Notes: a model not told the origin generated them from the sequence alone. A stretch of 64,000 nucleotides of DNA from Nanobdellati archaeon (GCA_019429005.1 JAHYJR010000003.1:32001-96000), one strand, 5' to 3'; positions 40,587 to 50,882 are shown, counted from the stretch's first letter. A program made the numbers and translations.

Positions 40587-42950
40587 CTAAGAACCAAGAC
40601 ATGGAATTATTCTCCACACAACCGGCGTATTCACACCATTAGCATACAATTTAACTGATGCTCGACAACATTGAGAGTTATCATCAAGCTTCAAATCACC
40701 TAAAGGATATGTAATTGTAGAATGATTTGGAACATTAACAAAAACTCCTGATGTTGCAGTAGATGAAGATGTGTTCGTAACAATACAACGCGAATAATCT
40801 TCGCCAAACATATCAATACGCACAACAGTATCCCTATCACCAGCATTTGTTAGGCTAACATCCATAAGTGTAAACGAAGAAAGCGGTGAACTATTACTAA
40901 CATTATCAATCACAAGAACAGGTTCTAAATCAACATCATACAAAACAGCATCATCAATATATGCATCAATAAATGAATCCAATTGAACTGATGAATAATT
41001 GTATACTAACTCAGAACCATCATTAATAATATGTTCAGTAGACGCACCATCAAATATCAACATGTTAACATCAGTATTATCATACAAATATAATTGTGCA
41101 TTTGAAAAGTACGCACTACCACCGTAAGCTAGAAGAACCTCTTTATTAATAGGACCAACAACAGTAATATTATATAATACAGATTTACTCAACAGAATAT
41201 CAACCACATCTTCAGATAGCAAAAGTTCCGATTTGGGTATAGACACGCGGAAATCATTACTAATTACACTAATTTTAGAATAAAGTTTTCTTGAAAGTTC
41301 TGAAATACGTACATCTTTAAGTTCCTGACTAAAATCAACAGAACGTATACCAATAGAAGGTGAATTAAAAAAAGATGTATCAAAATCATAAGTAATAGAA
41401 CTATTTGTATAACTAAAAATTTTACCGCCGATACTATTGACCTTAATCTGAGATCCTTGATTTTCAAAGATGATATAATCACCACTTAAATAGCTATTGA
41501 CTTTAAACTCAGAACCAGATGTTAGGAGTGATGAGAACACACCGCTACCAAGAGAAAATAATGCTTTATCAGATTCACGACCATTTACATCACCGTTAAT
41601 TATAAAATTAATATAAACACCTTGCTTTGATATTTCAGAAAGCACCCAACCTAAATCAGAATCAAAAAGATAAGGCATATCAGATGATAATAAATCAGAA
41701 CCTTTATATACAATTTGAATTTCATCACCCCTATTATAGGTTCCAGATAAAATCAGCTCACGAATCAATCTTGAATTATTGTAACTTATAGCTTGTAATG
41801 ATGCACTATTCCAGGGTGTTGAAAAAAGGTCCCATGTTTCAAAAAGCCCTTCTGAAGACAGATTATATTTAGCTTTAGTATATAATGTGCCAGCACCATA
41901 AGTTGGTTGAATTGTTCTAACACCAGACACAATCAGATCCGTATACACACCCAAATTATACTGATATGTATCTCCATCAATATATACTTCAGTAGGCGAA
42001 ACACCTGTTTTCTGATCAAATTTTAAACCATCGTCCATAAGTCCTGCAAACGCATTAACACCAATCTTTGAAACAAATAAATCTGAAAGATTTCCAACAA
42101 ACTTGACATCAACTTCACGCTGAAGTGCTGCTGAAAGAGAATCAATAATACTCAGATCAATCAACTTATCCATCTGATTTGAATAAAATATTATTTCGGC
42201 ATCAGCCTGATTAATTTTGGATTTTAGATTATCCATAAGAATATTATGCGTATTTATCTCAGATATGACATGCATCTGATTAAGTAAATTTGAAGCATCA
42301 GTAACTGAAAAAGTATAATTAATAATCACTTCAGATTTTAAGACGGGATCATAAATTTCATATAAATCAGTAATAAACATTTTTCCAGCACAATCAGAAA
42401 CAACAATCTCAAAAACTTTAGAATTATCTAATATTAGATAATCTGTTTCGATACTAGAATCATGAAGTATATAAAAATCTGAATCAGATAAGATAGTTGA
42501 AAATATTGTTGAACCCATCTGATATTCAAGATCCATTGTAACAGGACCTCTTACATAAACCTCTTTTGACGACAATAAAGACTGTATTGATGATAACATA
42601 CTGCCACTAAAGATAAGATCCGTATGATCCGTTACAATACGCACAGACGAACCAACAGAATTCATCTTATTAACAATATCATCCTGTACACTTAATTGCA
42701 TAGCCTTACAATGATAAGCATCAGTTATAGTAACAAACTGCTCATCAAAACCTTCTAATTTAGATTCCATTTCGTTTTGTATAAAATCTTCTTGAGAACC
42801 TAAAAGACCTTTGACAAAATTAAGAGCCATACTACCCATTACAACAGCAAGCGTTACAAGTATGACCGCAGCAAGTATTGAAGATACAGCTTTTTTGCTG
42901 GATTTTTTATTTTGATTATAACAAAAATACAACTGTTTCACAAATACCAC
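40587..42950 (-). CDS. Large archaeal type IV pilin-like protein with inserted repeats
   Basis: Class III signal peptide KKA/VSSILAAVILVTLAVVMG and C-terminal pilin-like VSLTNAG. Confidence 0.8.
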   Translation of the reverse strand: MVFVKQLYFCYNQNKKSSKKAVSSILAAVILVTLAVVMGSMALNFVKGLLGSQEDFIQNEMESKLEGFDEQFVTITDAYHCKAMQLSVQDDIVNKMNSVGSSVRIVTDHTDLIFSGSMLSSIQSLLSSKEVYVRGPVTMDLEYQMGSTIFSTILSDSDFYILHDSSIETDYLILDNSKVFEIVVSDCAGKMFITDLYEIYDPVLKSEVIINYTFSVTDASNLLNQMHVISEINTHNILMDNLKSKINQADAEIIFYSNQMDKLIDLSIIDSLSAALQREVDVKFVGNLSDLFVSKIGVNAFAGLMDDGLKFDQKTGVSPTEVYIDGDTYQYNLGVYTDLIVSGVRTIQPTYGAGTLYTKAKYNLSSEGLFETWDLFSTPWNSASLQAISYNNSRLIRELILSGTYNRGDEIQIVYKGSDLLSSDMPYLFDSDLGWVLSEISKQGVYINFIINGDVNGRESDKALFSLGSGVFSSLLTSGSEFKVNSYLSGDYIIFENQGSQIKVNSIGGKIFSYTNSSITYDFDTSFFNSPSIGIRSVDFSQELKDVRISELSRKLYSKISVISNDFRVSIPKSELLLSEDVVDILLSKSVLYNITVVGPINKEVLLAYGGSAYFSNAQLYLYDNTDVNMLIFDGASTEHIINDGSELVYNYSSVQLDSFIDAYIDDAVLYDVDLEPVLVIDNVSNSSPLSSFTLMDVSLTNAGDRDTVVRIDMFGEDYSRCIVTNTSSSTATSGVFVNVPNHSTITYPLGDLKLDDNSQCCRASVKLYANGVNTPVVWRIIPCLGS

Positions 42951-43033
42951 TTACAATTATTTGTTGATATATAATATATATTTTAAACGTAGAGATACAA
43001 CGAAAAATATAGTGAATAATTACAAACAAAAAC

Positions 43034-43084
43034 ATTTTTTTAGAATAAATATAATTAATATTTTATTAGAATAAATATAATTAA
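43034..43084. repeat. 26-bp tandem duplication in a divergent promoter region
   Basis: ATTTT(T/A)TTAGAATAAATATAATTAA at 43034 and 43060. Confidence 0.85.
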
Positions 43085-43129
43085 GGTCAAACACACTTAA
43101 TTATGATACAATCAACAAAGGTCCTACTT

Positions 43130-43681
43130 ATGAAACGAGACGAAGCAATCAAACTGATAAAAGAAAACGTAAAAACACAATCATTGATAAATCATATGTT
43201 TTCAACAGAAGCTATAATGGAAAGGCTTGCTGAAAATATGGGCGAAGATAAAACACAATGGGCACTTTGCGGACTTCTACATGATATAGATTTTGACATA
43301 ACTCGAGATAATCCAAAAGAACACGGTACTTATGCATCTAAAATACTTAAAGATACAGACGTGGATAAAGACATCATACATTCAATCCATGCACATAATT
43401 TTGAATATACAAATATAACCCCTGAAACTAAAATGGATTTTGCACTTATATCGGCAGATGCAATGACAGGACTAATTATAGCGTGTGCAATGGTCAAAGA
43501 AAAAAAACTTGAAAATGTTAGTGATAAAACAATCAAAAAAGCATTTAAGAAAAAAGGTTTTGCTGAAGGATCAAAAAGAGATAACATCAAACTTTGTGCA
43601 AAAGCAGGTATATCTTATGACGACTTTGTGACAGAAAGCAGAGAAGCTATGATGACAATTTCAGAAATATTAGGTCTTTAA
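43130..43681 (+). CDS. HDIG-domain metal-dependent hydrolase
   Basis: NH...E, GLLHDID, HG, HAH, AD..TGLI. Likely ATG at 43130. Confidence 0.9.
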   Translation: MKRDEAIKLIKENVKTQSLINHMFSTEAIMERLAENMGEDKTQWALCGLLHDIDFDITRDNPKEHGTYASKILKDTDVDKDIIHSIHAHNFEYTNITPETKMDFALISADAMTGLIIACAMVKEKKLENVSDKTIKKAFKKKGFAEGSKRDNIKLCAKAGISYDDFVTESREAMMTISEILGL

Positions 43682-46600
43682 AATAAATTAGATACAAAAA
43701 ATAACAAAATAATACTAAAAATCACAACAGTATAAAACGTAATATCATCATAAAAAAGCTTTACAGAATTATCAAAAACATCGTTTGAAGAATTACCATC
43801 AATAGATAGATTTTCAAGATTATTCATAAACACAAGATTGTCATCAACGGCAGAATCATCAACAACAATAGTTTCATTAGAAACATCAATATCAGAACCA
43901 TCACTAGATTCATTTGAAACGTCTTCAGTCAAATTTAAAGACTCATTTGTATCATTTATAACCACAACAGGACTCAAGATATAACCACCCCCGCTACTAG
44001 ACGGACTATAGATAATGACAATATCCTTACAACTTGAATCGCATGATGCACCACCATCACATTCTTCACCCGCATCAACATTGCCATCACCGCAATATGG
44101 CTGAAGTTCTCCCAAAACAAATCCTGAAAAATTTGTAACCTCTGAACATAAAAAATTACTAGTAAAATAATTCTTTTCTAATACAGATAATTCACTTTGT
44201 GATGAACCGATACACGATTCTAATGACGCGTTCCATCCACATTTATAAATTCGTGATTTTTGCACATTTATAGAAATATTAGTAACATTAAAACACACTA
44301 AGGTATTATTCCATGATGAGTTTGTACTGAAATCAAAAACAAAAGGTTCACTTTTAAATATAACATTTGATATCGAAGAGAAATCAGATATATTTGCATC
44401 TTTATAGGTAATATTCAAAATAACATCATTTGTAAGATTCATATTTTCAACAATAACAAAACTAATATTATTAGGATGTATCGAAACATCATAAATACCT
44501 TCAACAACAGTACTATTATGTGTCATATTTGAATAATAAACATTTGAAAAATAACTAGTGTTTGAATTATAGAACTCTAAATTAAGATAAGAATTATTTG
44601 CTACATCACTATTAACAAAAACAGATACAGGATTTTTGACCTCAAATAAAAATGTTTTGTTATTCCTAGTTCCAACACTATCATTGACATACAATTCAAC
44701 ACTATAATTACCAATACTTGATGTGTTCAAAAAAGAATAATTATATTGAATTAGATATTCTAAAGACTCATTAATTTTCACAAAAATATCATCCAAAATA
44801 TAAGTTCCATTAAAATAAAAAATACCCCACACTGTAACATTTGTAAAATATATCACACCAATATTCAAATCATATGAATCATTAATATAGATTATATCGT
44901 TCTTAATCAAATTACCACTTATTACAGGATCACTAAAATCTAAAGTTGCAAAATAATCATAAGTGATATTTGAATTACCCGCAAAATCATAAACTATTGC
45001 ATTGACATGATACACACCTTCGGTCAAGTTTGTATAATTTAAAGATACAGTATTATTTGTATACACATTAGAAACCAAAAAACCTGTTGAATTATAAAGA
45101 GTAATTGTCAAATTTGCAAAATTTAAATCAGACGCAGTAATATTTACAAAAATCCAATCATCAGAATATGTTGAACCATTTAAAACCATATTCGAACCAT
45201 ACGAAACAGACGGATTTATAGTATCTATAGTAAATGTCCTAATTCCAGATAAATTAAAATGTCCAAACGTGTCATTCATATAAACGGAATAATTATATAT
45301 ACCTTCAGATAATTCAGTAATATTTGCATAACAAGTGTTTTGTAACAGATTCATCACAACGCTTTCATTACTATAATTCAAAATACACATATCAAAATTA
45401 GGTTCAATAAAAGTCAAATTAACATAAAAACTGTTTTCTGAAACATAAGTACCATTATCATTCGTTGGATAAACAAAAGATAATAGTGGTCCTATAGTAT
45501 CTACTTCAAAAATAACAGGATTTGAAGAAATAAAACCTAAACTATTATTTGCATATAAAATTAAATAGTTAGCACCTTCAGATGCTACAATCTGTATTGA
45601 ACCGTTTGTCATGTTTGAACCAACTGATGAATTAACTATAGTAATGTTACCATTCAGATCGTACCAGATTGTACTAATATTATAGACATCCATAACAGAA
45701 TAATTCAACAAAAGGGTATTATTAGTATAAGTGATATTTGTTGGATTCAAAATAGTAACATTAAAACTAAAAACAATTGTAAAATTAACAGAAGACACAT
45801 TATAATTACCCTCAGCATCAAAAACAGTCACATAAACAGTATGACCACCATCAGACAAATTAGAAATATTAATAACAGAATACAGCTCTTCAGATTTAGA
45901 ATCAAAAAGACCATCTAAAGCAGTCATATTGTAAATCGTACTATTTGTATCAACATAATATTCGGCAGAACTTATGTTATTCAAAGCATCATAAACCGAA
46001 ACATTAAAACTGGGATTAATATTTGTAACATTCGGCACAATACTTATTTCAGATATTATTGGTGCATCATTATCAAGCGATAAGATTGCAGCAAAAACAT
46101 TAATCCGGCTAAAAATTGTACTTGTCCCAACATCATAGATAGGTTTTCCCGTATCATTTAATATTGACCGAATCTGCACAGGCGTCAAAGTTGCACCATT
46201 CAACTGTTTATTTGCCTGCTGAATCAATGCCGCAGCTCCCGCAACATGCGGTGTCGCTTGAGATGTCCCCCACATCAAAACATAAGGCGTTGAAGCGTAT
46301 GTCGAATTTATTGATGCACCAGGTGCAAGAAGCATATATGGGAACTTCACACTTCTATCTGTAAAACATGCAACCTCATCAAACTCTGAATCTGTATCGT
46401 TACAAATAGTCCATGATTTAGACCCGTAATCTTCCTTATAAGTCGCACCAACAGGAATAACTCCCGAAATACATGCAGGAGATGAAATTCCTGTAGAATT
46501 CCCACTATTTCCTGTAGCAACAACCACTGTAATATTATTGTTAATAGCCGAACTGATAGCAGCAGCTAAAGTACTATAACTAGAATCACAATTTGAACTA

Positions 46601-47421
46601 TGTGAACTGAAACCAAGACTCATAGAAATTACTGAAATATTATACACAGTACGATTAAAATTACAATCATCAATTGCAGCAATAATATCTATAAGATTAC
46701 CAAAACCACTTGAATCCAATACTTTCATTGAAAAAATTTTCGCACCTGGTGCAACACCCATAACAGTACCATTTGCAGCGACAATACCAGTCACATGCGT
46801 ACCATGGCCATTATCATCCATAGGGATGCCATCATCATTCACATAATCATAACCACCTATGACCTTATAAGAACCACCAAAACCACCACCTAAATCAGGA
46901 TGTGAATAATTAACACCTGTATCTATAACACAAACAGTCTCGTCAGCACCTGTAAAATTAACACCGCTAGACTGGACATCCCAAACATCACTAGCTGAAA
47001 TCACACCAACAGAATCCATAAGCATTGTATAAAATCTCTTATTCTCTTCAACATACAAAACATTAGGATCTTTTACAATACGGTCCAATGCCGAACGCGG
47101 AATTTTAGCCGAGACCGCATTCACAGTCTCATACTTATACTTAACATCACCACCAAAAGATTTAATATCAATCTCAAGAGAATCCGAAACTACAACATCA
47201 GCACTCAAAACACCAAAAAATTTTTTCTTAACAACAGTCCTATCCCTATACGAGATTATAACATCAACAAAGTCATCATCTACACCAGAAAGCGTTTTTT
47301 CAATCTTAGAATCAACTGCAAAAGTCTTGAACTCACCCCCAGACGAAAAAGAGGGAATAATAACTAACAAAAAGATTAAAGAAATTACAAATATCAAAGA
47401 TTTACGCGTATAATAAGACAT
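43678..47421 (-). CDS. Membrane-anchored S8 subtilisin-like protease with an Ig-like stalk
   Basis: Signal peptide, I9-like propeptide, catalytic triad (VIDTG, HGTHV, GTSQATPH), Ig repeats, CGDG..ECD motif and C-terminal TM. Confidence 0.93.
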   Translation of the reverse strand: MSYYTRKSLIFVISLIFLLVIIPSFSSGGEFKTFAVDSKIEKTLSGVDDDFVDVIISYRDRTVVKKKFFGVLSADVVVSDSLEIDIKSFGGDVKYKYETVNAVSAKIPRSALDRIVKDPNVLYVEENKRFYTMLMDSVGVISASDVWDVQSSGVNFTGADETVCVIDTGVNYSHPDLGGGFGGSYKVIGGYDYVNDDGIPMDDNGHGTHVTGIVAANGTVMGVAPGAKIFSMKVLDSSGFGNLIDIIAAIDDCNFNRTVYNISVISMSLGFSSHSSNCDSSYSTLAAAISSAINNNITVVVATGNSGNSTGISSPACISGVIPVGATYKEDYGSKSWTICNDTDSEFDEVACFTDRSVKFPYMLLAPGASINSTYASTPYVLMWGTSQATPHVAGAAALIQQANKQLNGATLTPVQIRSILNDTGKPIYDVGTSTIFSRINVFAAILSLDNDAPIISEISIVPNVTNINPSFNVSVYDALNNISSAEYYVDTNSTIYNMTALDGLFDSKSEELYSVINISNLSDGGHTVYVTVFDAEGNYNVSSVNFTIVFSFNVTILNPTNITYTNNTLLLNYSVMDVYNISTIWYDLNGNITIVNSSVGSNMTNGSIQIVASEGANYLILYANNSLGFISSNPVIFEVDTIGPLLSFVYPTNDNGTYVSENSFYVNLTFIEPNFDMCILNYSNESVVMNLLQNTCYANITELSEGIYNYSVYMNDTFGHFNLSGIRTFTIDTINPSVSYGSNMVLNGSTYSDDWIFVNITASDLNFANLTITLYNSTGFLVSNVYTNNTVSLNYTNLTEGVYHVNAIVYDFAGNSNITYDYFATLDFSDPVISGNLIKNDIIYINDSYDLNIGVIYFTNVTVWGIFYFNGTYILDDIFVKINESLEYLIQYNYSFLNTSSIGNYSVELYVNDSVGTRNNKTFLFEVKNPVSVFVNSDVANNSYLNLEFYNSNTSYFSNVYYSNMTHNSTVVEGIYDVSIHPNNISFVIVENMNLTNDVILNITYKDANISDFSSISNVIFKSEPFVFDFSTNSSWNNTLVCFNVTNISINVQKSRIYKCGWNASLESCIGSSQSELSVLEKNYFTSNFLCSEVTNFSGFVLGELQPYCGDGNVDAGEECDGGASCDSSCKDIVIIYSPSSSGGGYILSPVVVINDTNESLNLTEDVSNESSDGSDIDVSNETIVVDDSAVDDNLVFMNNLENLSIDGNSSNDVFDNSVKLFYDDITFYTVVIFSIILLFFVSNLF

Positions 47422-47475
47422 TAGTCTTAAATTATAGATAATCGTTTAAATCTTTAATTGAAATAAAATATAAAA

Positions 47476-47550
47476 CGCCTCTGACGCGATTTGAACGCGC
47501 GACCCTTAGCTTAGGAGGCTAATGCTCTATCCAGACTGAGCTACAGAGGC
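47476..47550 (-). tRNA. tRNA-Arg(CCT), intronless, CCA not encoded
   Basis: GCCTCTG acceptor stem, anticodon arm TTAGC-CTCCTAA-GCTAA, T loop TTCAAAT. Confidence 0.96.
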
Positions 47551-47642
47551 ATACTCCGCATTCAATTTATATCTATTAAGTTATTTAAAATTAATCAAAA
47601 AAGCACAATTAAATTAAAATAGTTAAGAAATCATCTATAATT

Positions 47643-48287
47643 ATGGAAAAAAACTATAATTCTACAATTATCAAAAGCCTTAAACAAGAATATGAAATCA
47701 AAAAAAAAGATATAAAAAAGCGCCTTGATGATTTCAAAAAAATATCAAAACAAGATAATGATACAATATTCTATGAGCTATGTTTCTGCCTCCTCACACC
47801 ACAATCAAGTGCAGTATCCTGTGATAAAGCAATCCAAAAACTCAAAAAAGATCAATCAATAGAAAGTGAAGAAAAAATCAAAGAAGCACTTCAAGGAATA
47901 AGATTCAAAAACAACAAAACAAGATACATTATCGAAGCAAAAGAACAATTTTACAAAAAAGACAACCTAAAACATATTATAAATAACCCAAACAATCAAG
48001 AATCTCGTGAAATAATAGTTAAAAACATCAAAGGTATAGGATATAAAGAAGCAAGTCATTTTCTTAGAAACACAGGACACGGAAAATCAATTTCAATCCT
48101 TGACAGACACATATTAAAGAACCTGAAAGCAAGTTATGTGATAGATGAAATACCCAAAACAATAACTAAAAAAAGATACATTGAAATTGAAAATAAAATG
48201 TTAGAATTTGCTGAATATATATCAATACCAATTGAAGAATTAGATCTATTGTTCTGGTCAAAGGAAACAGGAATAATATTCAAATAG
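47643..48287 (+). CDS. ogg: 8-oxoguanine DNA glycosylase/AP lyase
   Basis: ELCFCLLTPQ, HhH KGIGYKEASHFLRN, ILDRHI, ELDLLFW. Confidence 0.93.
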   Translation: MEKNYNSTIIKSLKQEYEIKKKDIKKRLDDFKKISKQDNDTIFYELCFCLLTPQSSAVSCDKAIQKLKKDQSIESEEKIKEALQGIRFKNNKTRYIIEAKEQFYKKDNLKHIINNPNNQESREIIVKNIKGIGYKEASHFLRNTGHGKSISILDRHILKNLKASYVIDEIPKTITKKRYIEIENKMLEFAEYISIPIEELDLLFWSKETGIIFK

Positions 48288-48918
48288 ATTTTGAAAATTC
48301 ACAAAAATAATTATCGTGAGACCTTTTACTCAACCCACAAACAAGACCTGATTCAGAGATAACCCTATCAAGTTCCCCTTCTTTAAAAAGATGATAAAAC
48401 CGTTCATAAACATTATTCCACATGACATTAACATCTTGTGATTTTTCATCCTTAAAACGCTCCTGTTCATACACCCATGCACTTACAAGACCACATCCAT
48501 CAGATTTTAAAACAGTCTTTATTTCTAACAAAGAATCAAGTCGTGCCTTATCACTTACCATATGATGAACTGCAGCAATAAAAAGCACATTATCAAATAC
48601 ATCAGACTTAAACGGAAGATTTAATGCATCACAACAAATTAAATTAATTGTCACATTTTCGCACTTAGCTTTCTCTTTTACAAGCTTTAAAAGAGCTAAA
48701 GAAATATCAACACCAACAACATAAAGCCCTTTTTTTGCAGCATAAATAGAATTTCGGCCGTTACCACACGCAACATCTATTAATAACCCTTTATCCAAAA
48801 CATTTATAAAATCAGAACAATCTTTCCATATATAACCACGTGTAGCATCAAAATGCTCTGCGATAATATCATAAGTATCTTTAATATTATCACGTAATTG
48901 ATTTTTAGATTGAACCAT
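48280..48918 (-). CDS. Class I SAM methyltransferase, Trm9/ALKBH8-like
   Basis: YDIIAEHFDATR..W, DVACGNGRN, IAAVHH, SAW.YEQ, RFYHLFKEGEL. Confidence 0.8.
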   Translation of the reverse strand: MVQSKNQLRDNIKDTYDIIAEHFDATRGYIWKDCSDFINVLDKGLLIDVACGNGRNSIYAAKKGLYVVGVDISLALLKLVKEKAKCENVTINLICCDALNLPFKSDVFDNVLFIAAVHHMVSDKARLDSLLEIKTVLKSDGCGLVSAWVYEQERFKDEKSQDVNVMWNNVYERFYHLFKEGELDRVISESGLVCGLSKRSHDNYFCEFSKSI

Positions 48919-49056
48919 AATACAGTTTTATACTAAATATCTTATTAAATCTACTCAAAAAACAAAAACCTTTTAAAGCTTTTAGACATATAATTTTACT
49001 AACAGATAAGAAACATAATCTTATTCTATTAATTTTACACAATCAAGGGATTATAA

Positions 49057-49587
49057 ATGACACGATGTGAAATCTGCGGTAGTGCTGCAAAAATTAGAAA
49101 AGTAAATCTTGAAGGCGGGACTATAGAAGCATGCTTTTACTGCGTACCACGTACAAAAGTTGAAAGCCGAACTAAATTCGTTAAACGAAAACAGTTTGAA
49201 AATACAATAAACCGACCAAGAAAGGCATTGATAGATAACTATGCATCTTTAATCAAGAGTGAAAGAGAGAAAAATAATCTCACTCAAAAAGAATTTGCTC
49301 ATAAAGTCGAAGAACATGAATCAATTATTGTAAAAATTGAACAAGGTACATTCAGACCAAATTTTGCAGTTGCTAGAAAAATTGAACAATTATTCAAAAT
49401 AACTCTTGTTAAACAGCTTGAAGTCAAAAAAGAGTTCGTTAAAAGCAATTACAAAAAAGATAATTACAAACCTAAAAATAAACTGGACAATATAATACAT
49501 ACTGAAAACAAAAAAAGACCAGCACATAGTATAGGTTGTACAATTGCAGATTATATTAAGATAAACAAAAAACAATCTAAATCTTAA
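49057..49587 (+). CDS. Archaeal MBF1 (Zn ribbon plus HTH)
   Basis: CEICG...CFYC, REKNNLTQKEFA, KIEQG..RP, C-terminal TIADY. Confidence 0.88.
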   Translation: MTRCEICGSAAKIRKVNLEGGTIEACFYCVPRTKVESRTKFVKRKQFENTINRPRKALIDNYASLIKSEREKNNLTQKEFAHKVEEHESIIVKIEQGTFRPNFAVARKIEQLFKITLVKQLEVKKEFVKSNYKKDNYKPKNKLDNIIHTENKKRPAHSIGCTIADYIKINKKQSKS

Positions 49588-50035
49588 TTTTATCTATTAT
49601 AATATGCGATAAATAGCCCACAAAACCAAATAAACCAGGGCTTATATTTCTATTTAATATAAAAGCTATAGCAGATAATACAATCAAAAAAATAATGCTA
49701 GATGTAAACGTATGTGTAATACCTCTATGTTTTGGTTTTAAAAACAAAATTATTTTATCTGCTGACAAAAACCATACAAATAACATAAACAGCATAAGAG
49801 GGACATCATTTACAAGTGATACGATAATATAAATTGAAAATAATATTATTATTAAATCCCTTAACGTTTTAAACGCTTTTGAATTCTTATGATCTATATC
49901 CGGAAACAAACTTCCAATAAAAAGACATAATGCTGATAAGAAAAGAATCCCTTTATTTGCTATTGGAAAAATCGCATATAAAGCAATAAAAAACAAAAAT
50001 CCAAACAATAGATGTGTCTTATAATTAGGCATCAA
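49577..50035 (-). CDS. YdjM-like membrane-bound metal-dependent hydrolase
   Basis: KTH, PDIDH, HRGITHT, GYLSHIIID. Confidence 0.88.
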   Translation of the reverse strand: MMPNYKTHLLFGFLFFIALYAIFPIANKGILFLSALCLFIGSLFPDIDHKNSKAFKTLRDLIIILFSIYIIVSLVNDVPLMLFMLFVWFLSADKIILFLKPKHRGITHTFTSSIIFLIVLSAIAFILNRNISPGLFGFVGYLSHIIIDKIKI

Positions 50036-50038
50036 AAA

Positions 50039-50221
50039 TCAACTGAAATATCCTGTAGCATGATTCTCTTTTCCACATTTTGGACAAACATAATCAAAAG
50101 TATATTTAATCTGACTTATCATTGAACCATCAACAACAAATATTTTTTCCATCTTTGGATTATCTAATCTAAATGTATTTCCGCATTTACATTTAATATA
50201 CATCTGATTTTCAACACTCAT
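50039..50221 (-). CDS. Small Zn-ribbon protein (CxC...CPKCG)
   Basis: CKCG and CPKCG. A (TA)n box about 25 bp upstream of the ATG at 50221 suggests a leaderless mRNA. Confidence 0.7.
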   Translation of the reverse strand: MSVENQMYIKCKCGNTFRLDNPKMEKIFVVDGSMISQIKYTFDYVCPKCGKENHATGYFS

Positions 50222-50260
50222 AATAATCAATTAGTTTTTATTATATATATATATAGTATA

Positions 50261-50282
50261 GAAGAAAGCGGGCATAACCCGC
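50261..50282 (-). terminator. Hairpin terminator after the micro-ORF cluster
   Basis: GCGGG-cataa-CCCGC followed by TTTCTTC on the minus strand. Confidence 0.6.
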
Positions 50283-50304
50283 AAAAAAATATGAAAAAAT
50301 GACT

Positions 50305-50412
50305 TTAATAAAGCCATTTCATTGCTCTTGAACCAGTATAAACTTTATTTTTTTTATGCTGTTTCAAAAGCTGTGTCCACATTAAAGTTGGTTCTTCTGT
50401 ATTTATCACCAT
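50305..50412 (-). CDS. 35-aa microprotein MVINTEEPTLMWTQLLKQHKKNKVYTGSRAMKWLY
   Basis: Strong SD GAGGTGA 5 nt upstream, overlapping the previous stop; followed by the hairpin. Confidence 0.5.
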   Translation of the reverse strand: MVINTEEPTLMWTQLLKQHKKNKVYTGSRAMKWLY

Positions 50413-50417
50413 ACATA

Positions 50418-50663
50418 TCACCTCGAGATTAATTGTGTTATATATTCCTGTGCATATTGCTCTTTTCGATAAGTTCCAAATGCGTAAGGAAATAATTTTT
50501 CAAGCTCATCAATACGCAACCGTACTTTAGTTTTAATATTATGCCATTTTTTCTGATCATCCATATTCATATCCCTAAATTCTTGTAACAAAATGCCTTT
50601 TGTAGAAAATCCTTCATTTCTTAATTCATTTTTAATCATAGCCAATTCAATAGATGTTCTCAT
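50418..50663 (-). CDS. 81-aa hypothetical protein
   Basis: ATG at 50663, 2 nt after the upstream stop, with a GGGGG SD-like run. Confidence 0.65.
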   Translation of the reverse strand: MRTSIELAMIKNELRNEGFSTKGILLQEFRDMNMDDQKKWHNIKTKVRLRIDELEKLFPYAFGTYRKEQYAQEYITQLISR

Positions 50664-50665
50664 AC

Positions 50666-50800
50666 TTAAAACCCCCATTTTTGTTTCATATGCATCTCAT
50701 ATCTTTTCTTTTTAAAATAAGGTACAGAGCTCCATGCGGACTCAAACCCGATTCCATATTTGGAATTCATCAATATCATCTGATCATCACTTAATTGCAT
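50666..50800 (-). CDS. 44-aa microprotein MQLSDDQMILMNSKYGIGFESAWSSVPYFKKKRYEMHMKQKWGF
   Basis: SD AGAGGGG 7 nt upstream; abuts the next ORF. Confidence 0.5.
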   Translation of the reverse strand: MQLSDDQMILMNSKYGIGFESAWSSVPYFKKKRYEMHMKQKWGF

Positions 50801-50882
50801 ATATATCCCCTCTTAAACGAAAAAAGGTGTATTGGTTCTTTTTATGGTATAAATCCCAAAGACCAAAAGCACCTGTTATCAT
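50787..50882 (-). CDS. Possible 31-aa leader peptide MITGAFGLWDLYHKKNQYTFFRLRGDIYAIK
   Basis: First ATG after the GAAGGGG-TATATAT promoter; overlaps the next start by 14 nt. SD spacing is atypically short. Confidence 0.3.
   Translation of the reverse strand: MITGAFGLWDLYHKKNQYTFFRLRGDIYAIK

Noticed and set aside
47476-47550. tRNA-Arg as an integration site
   Set aside because: No duplicated tRNA 3' end or integrase was seen in the window.
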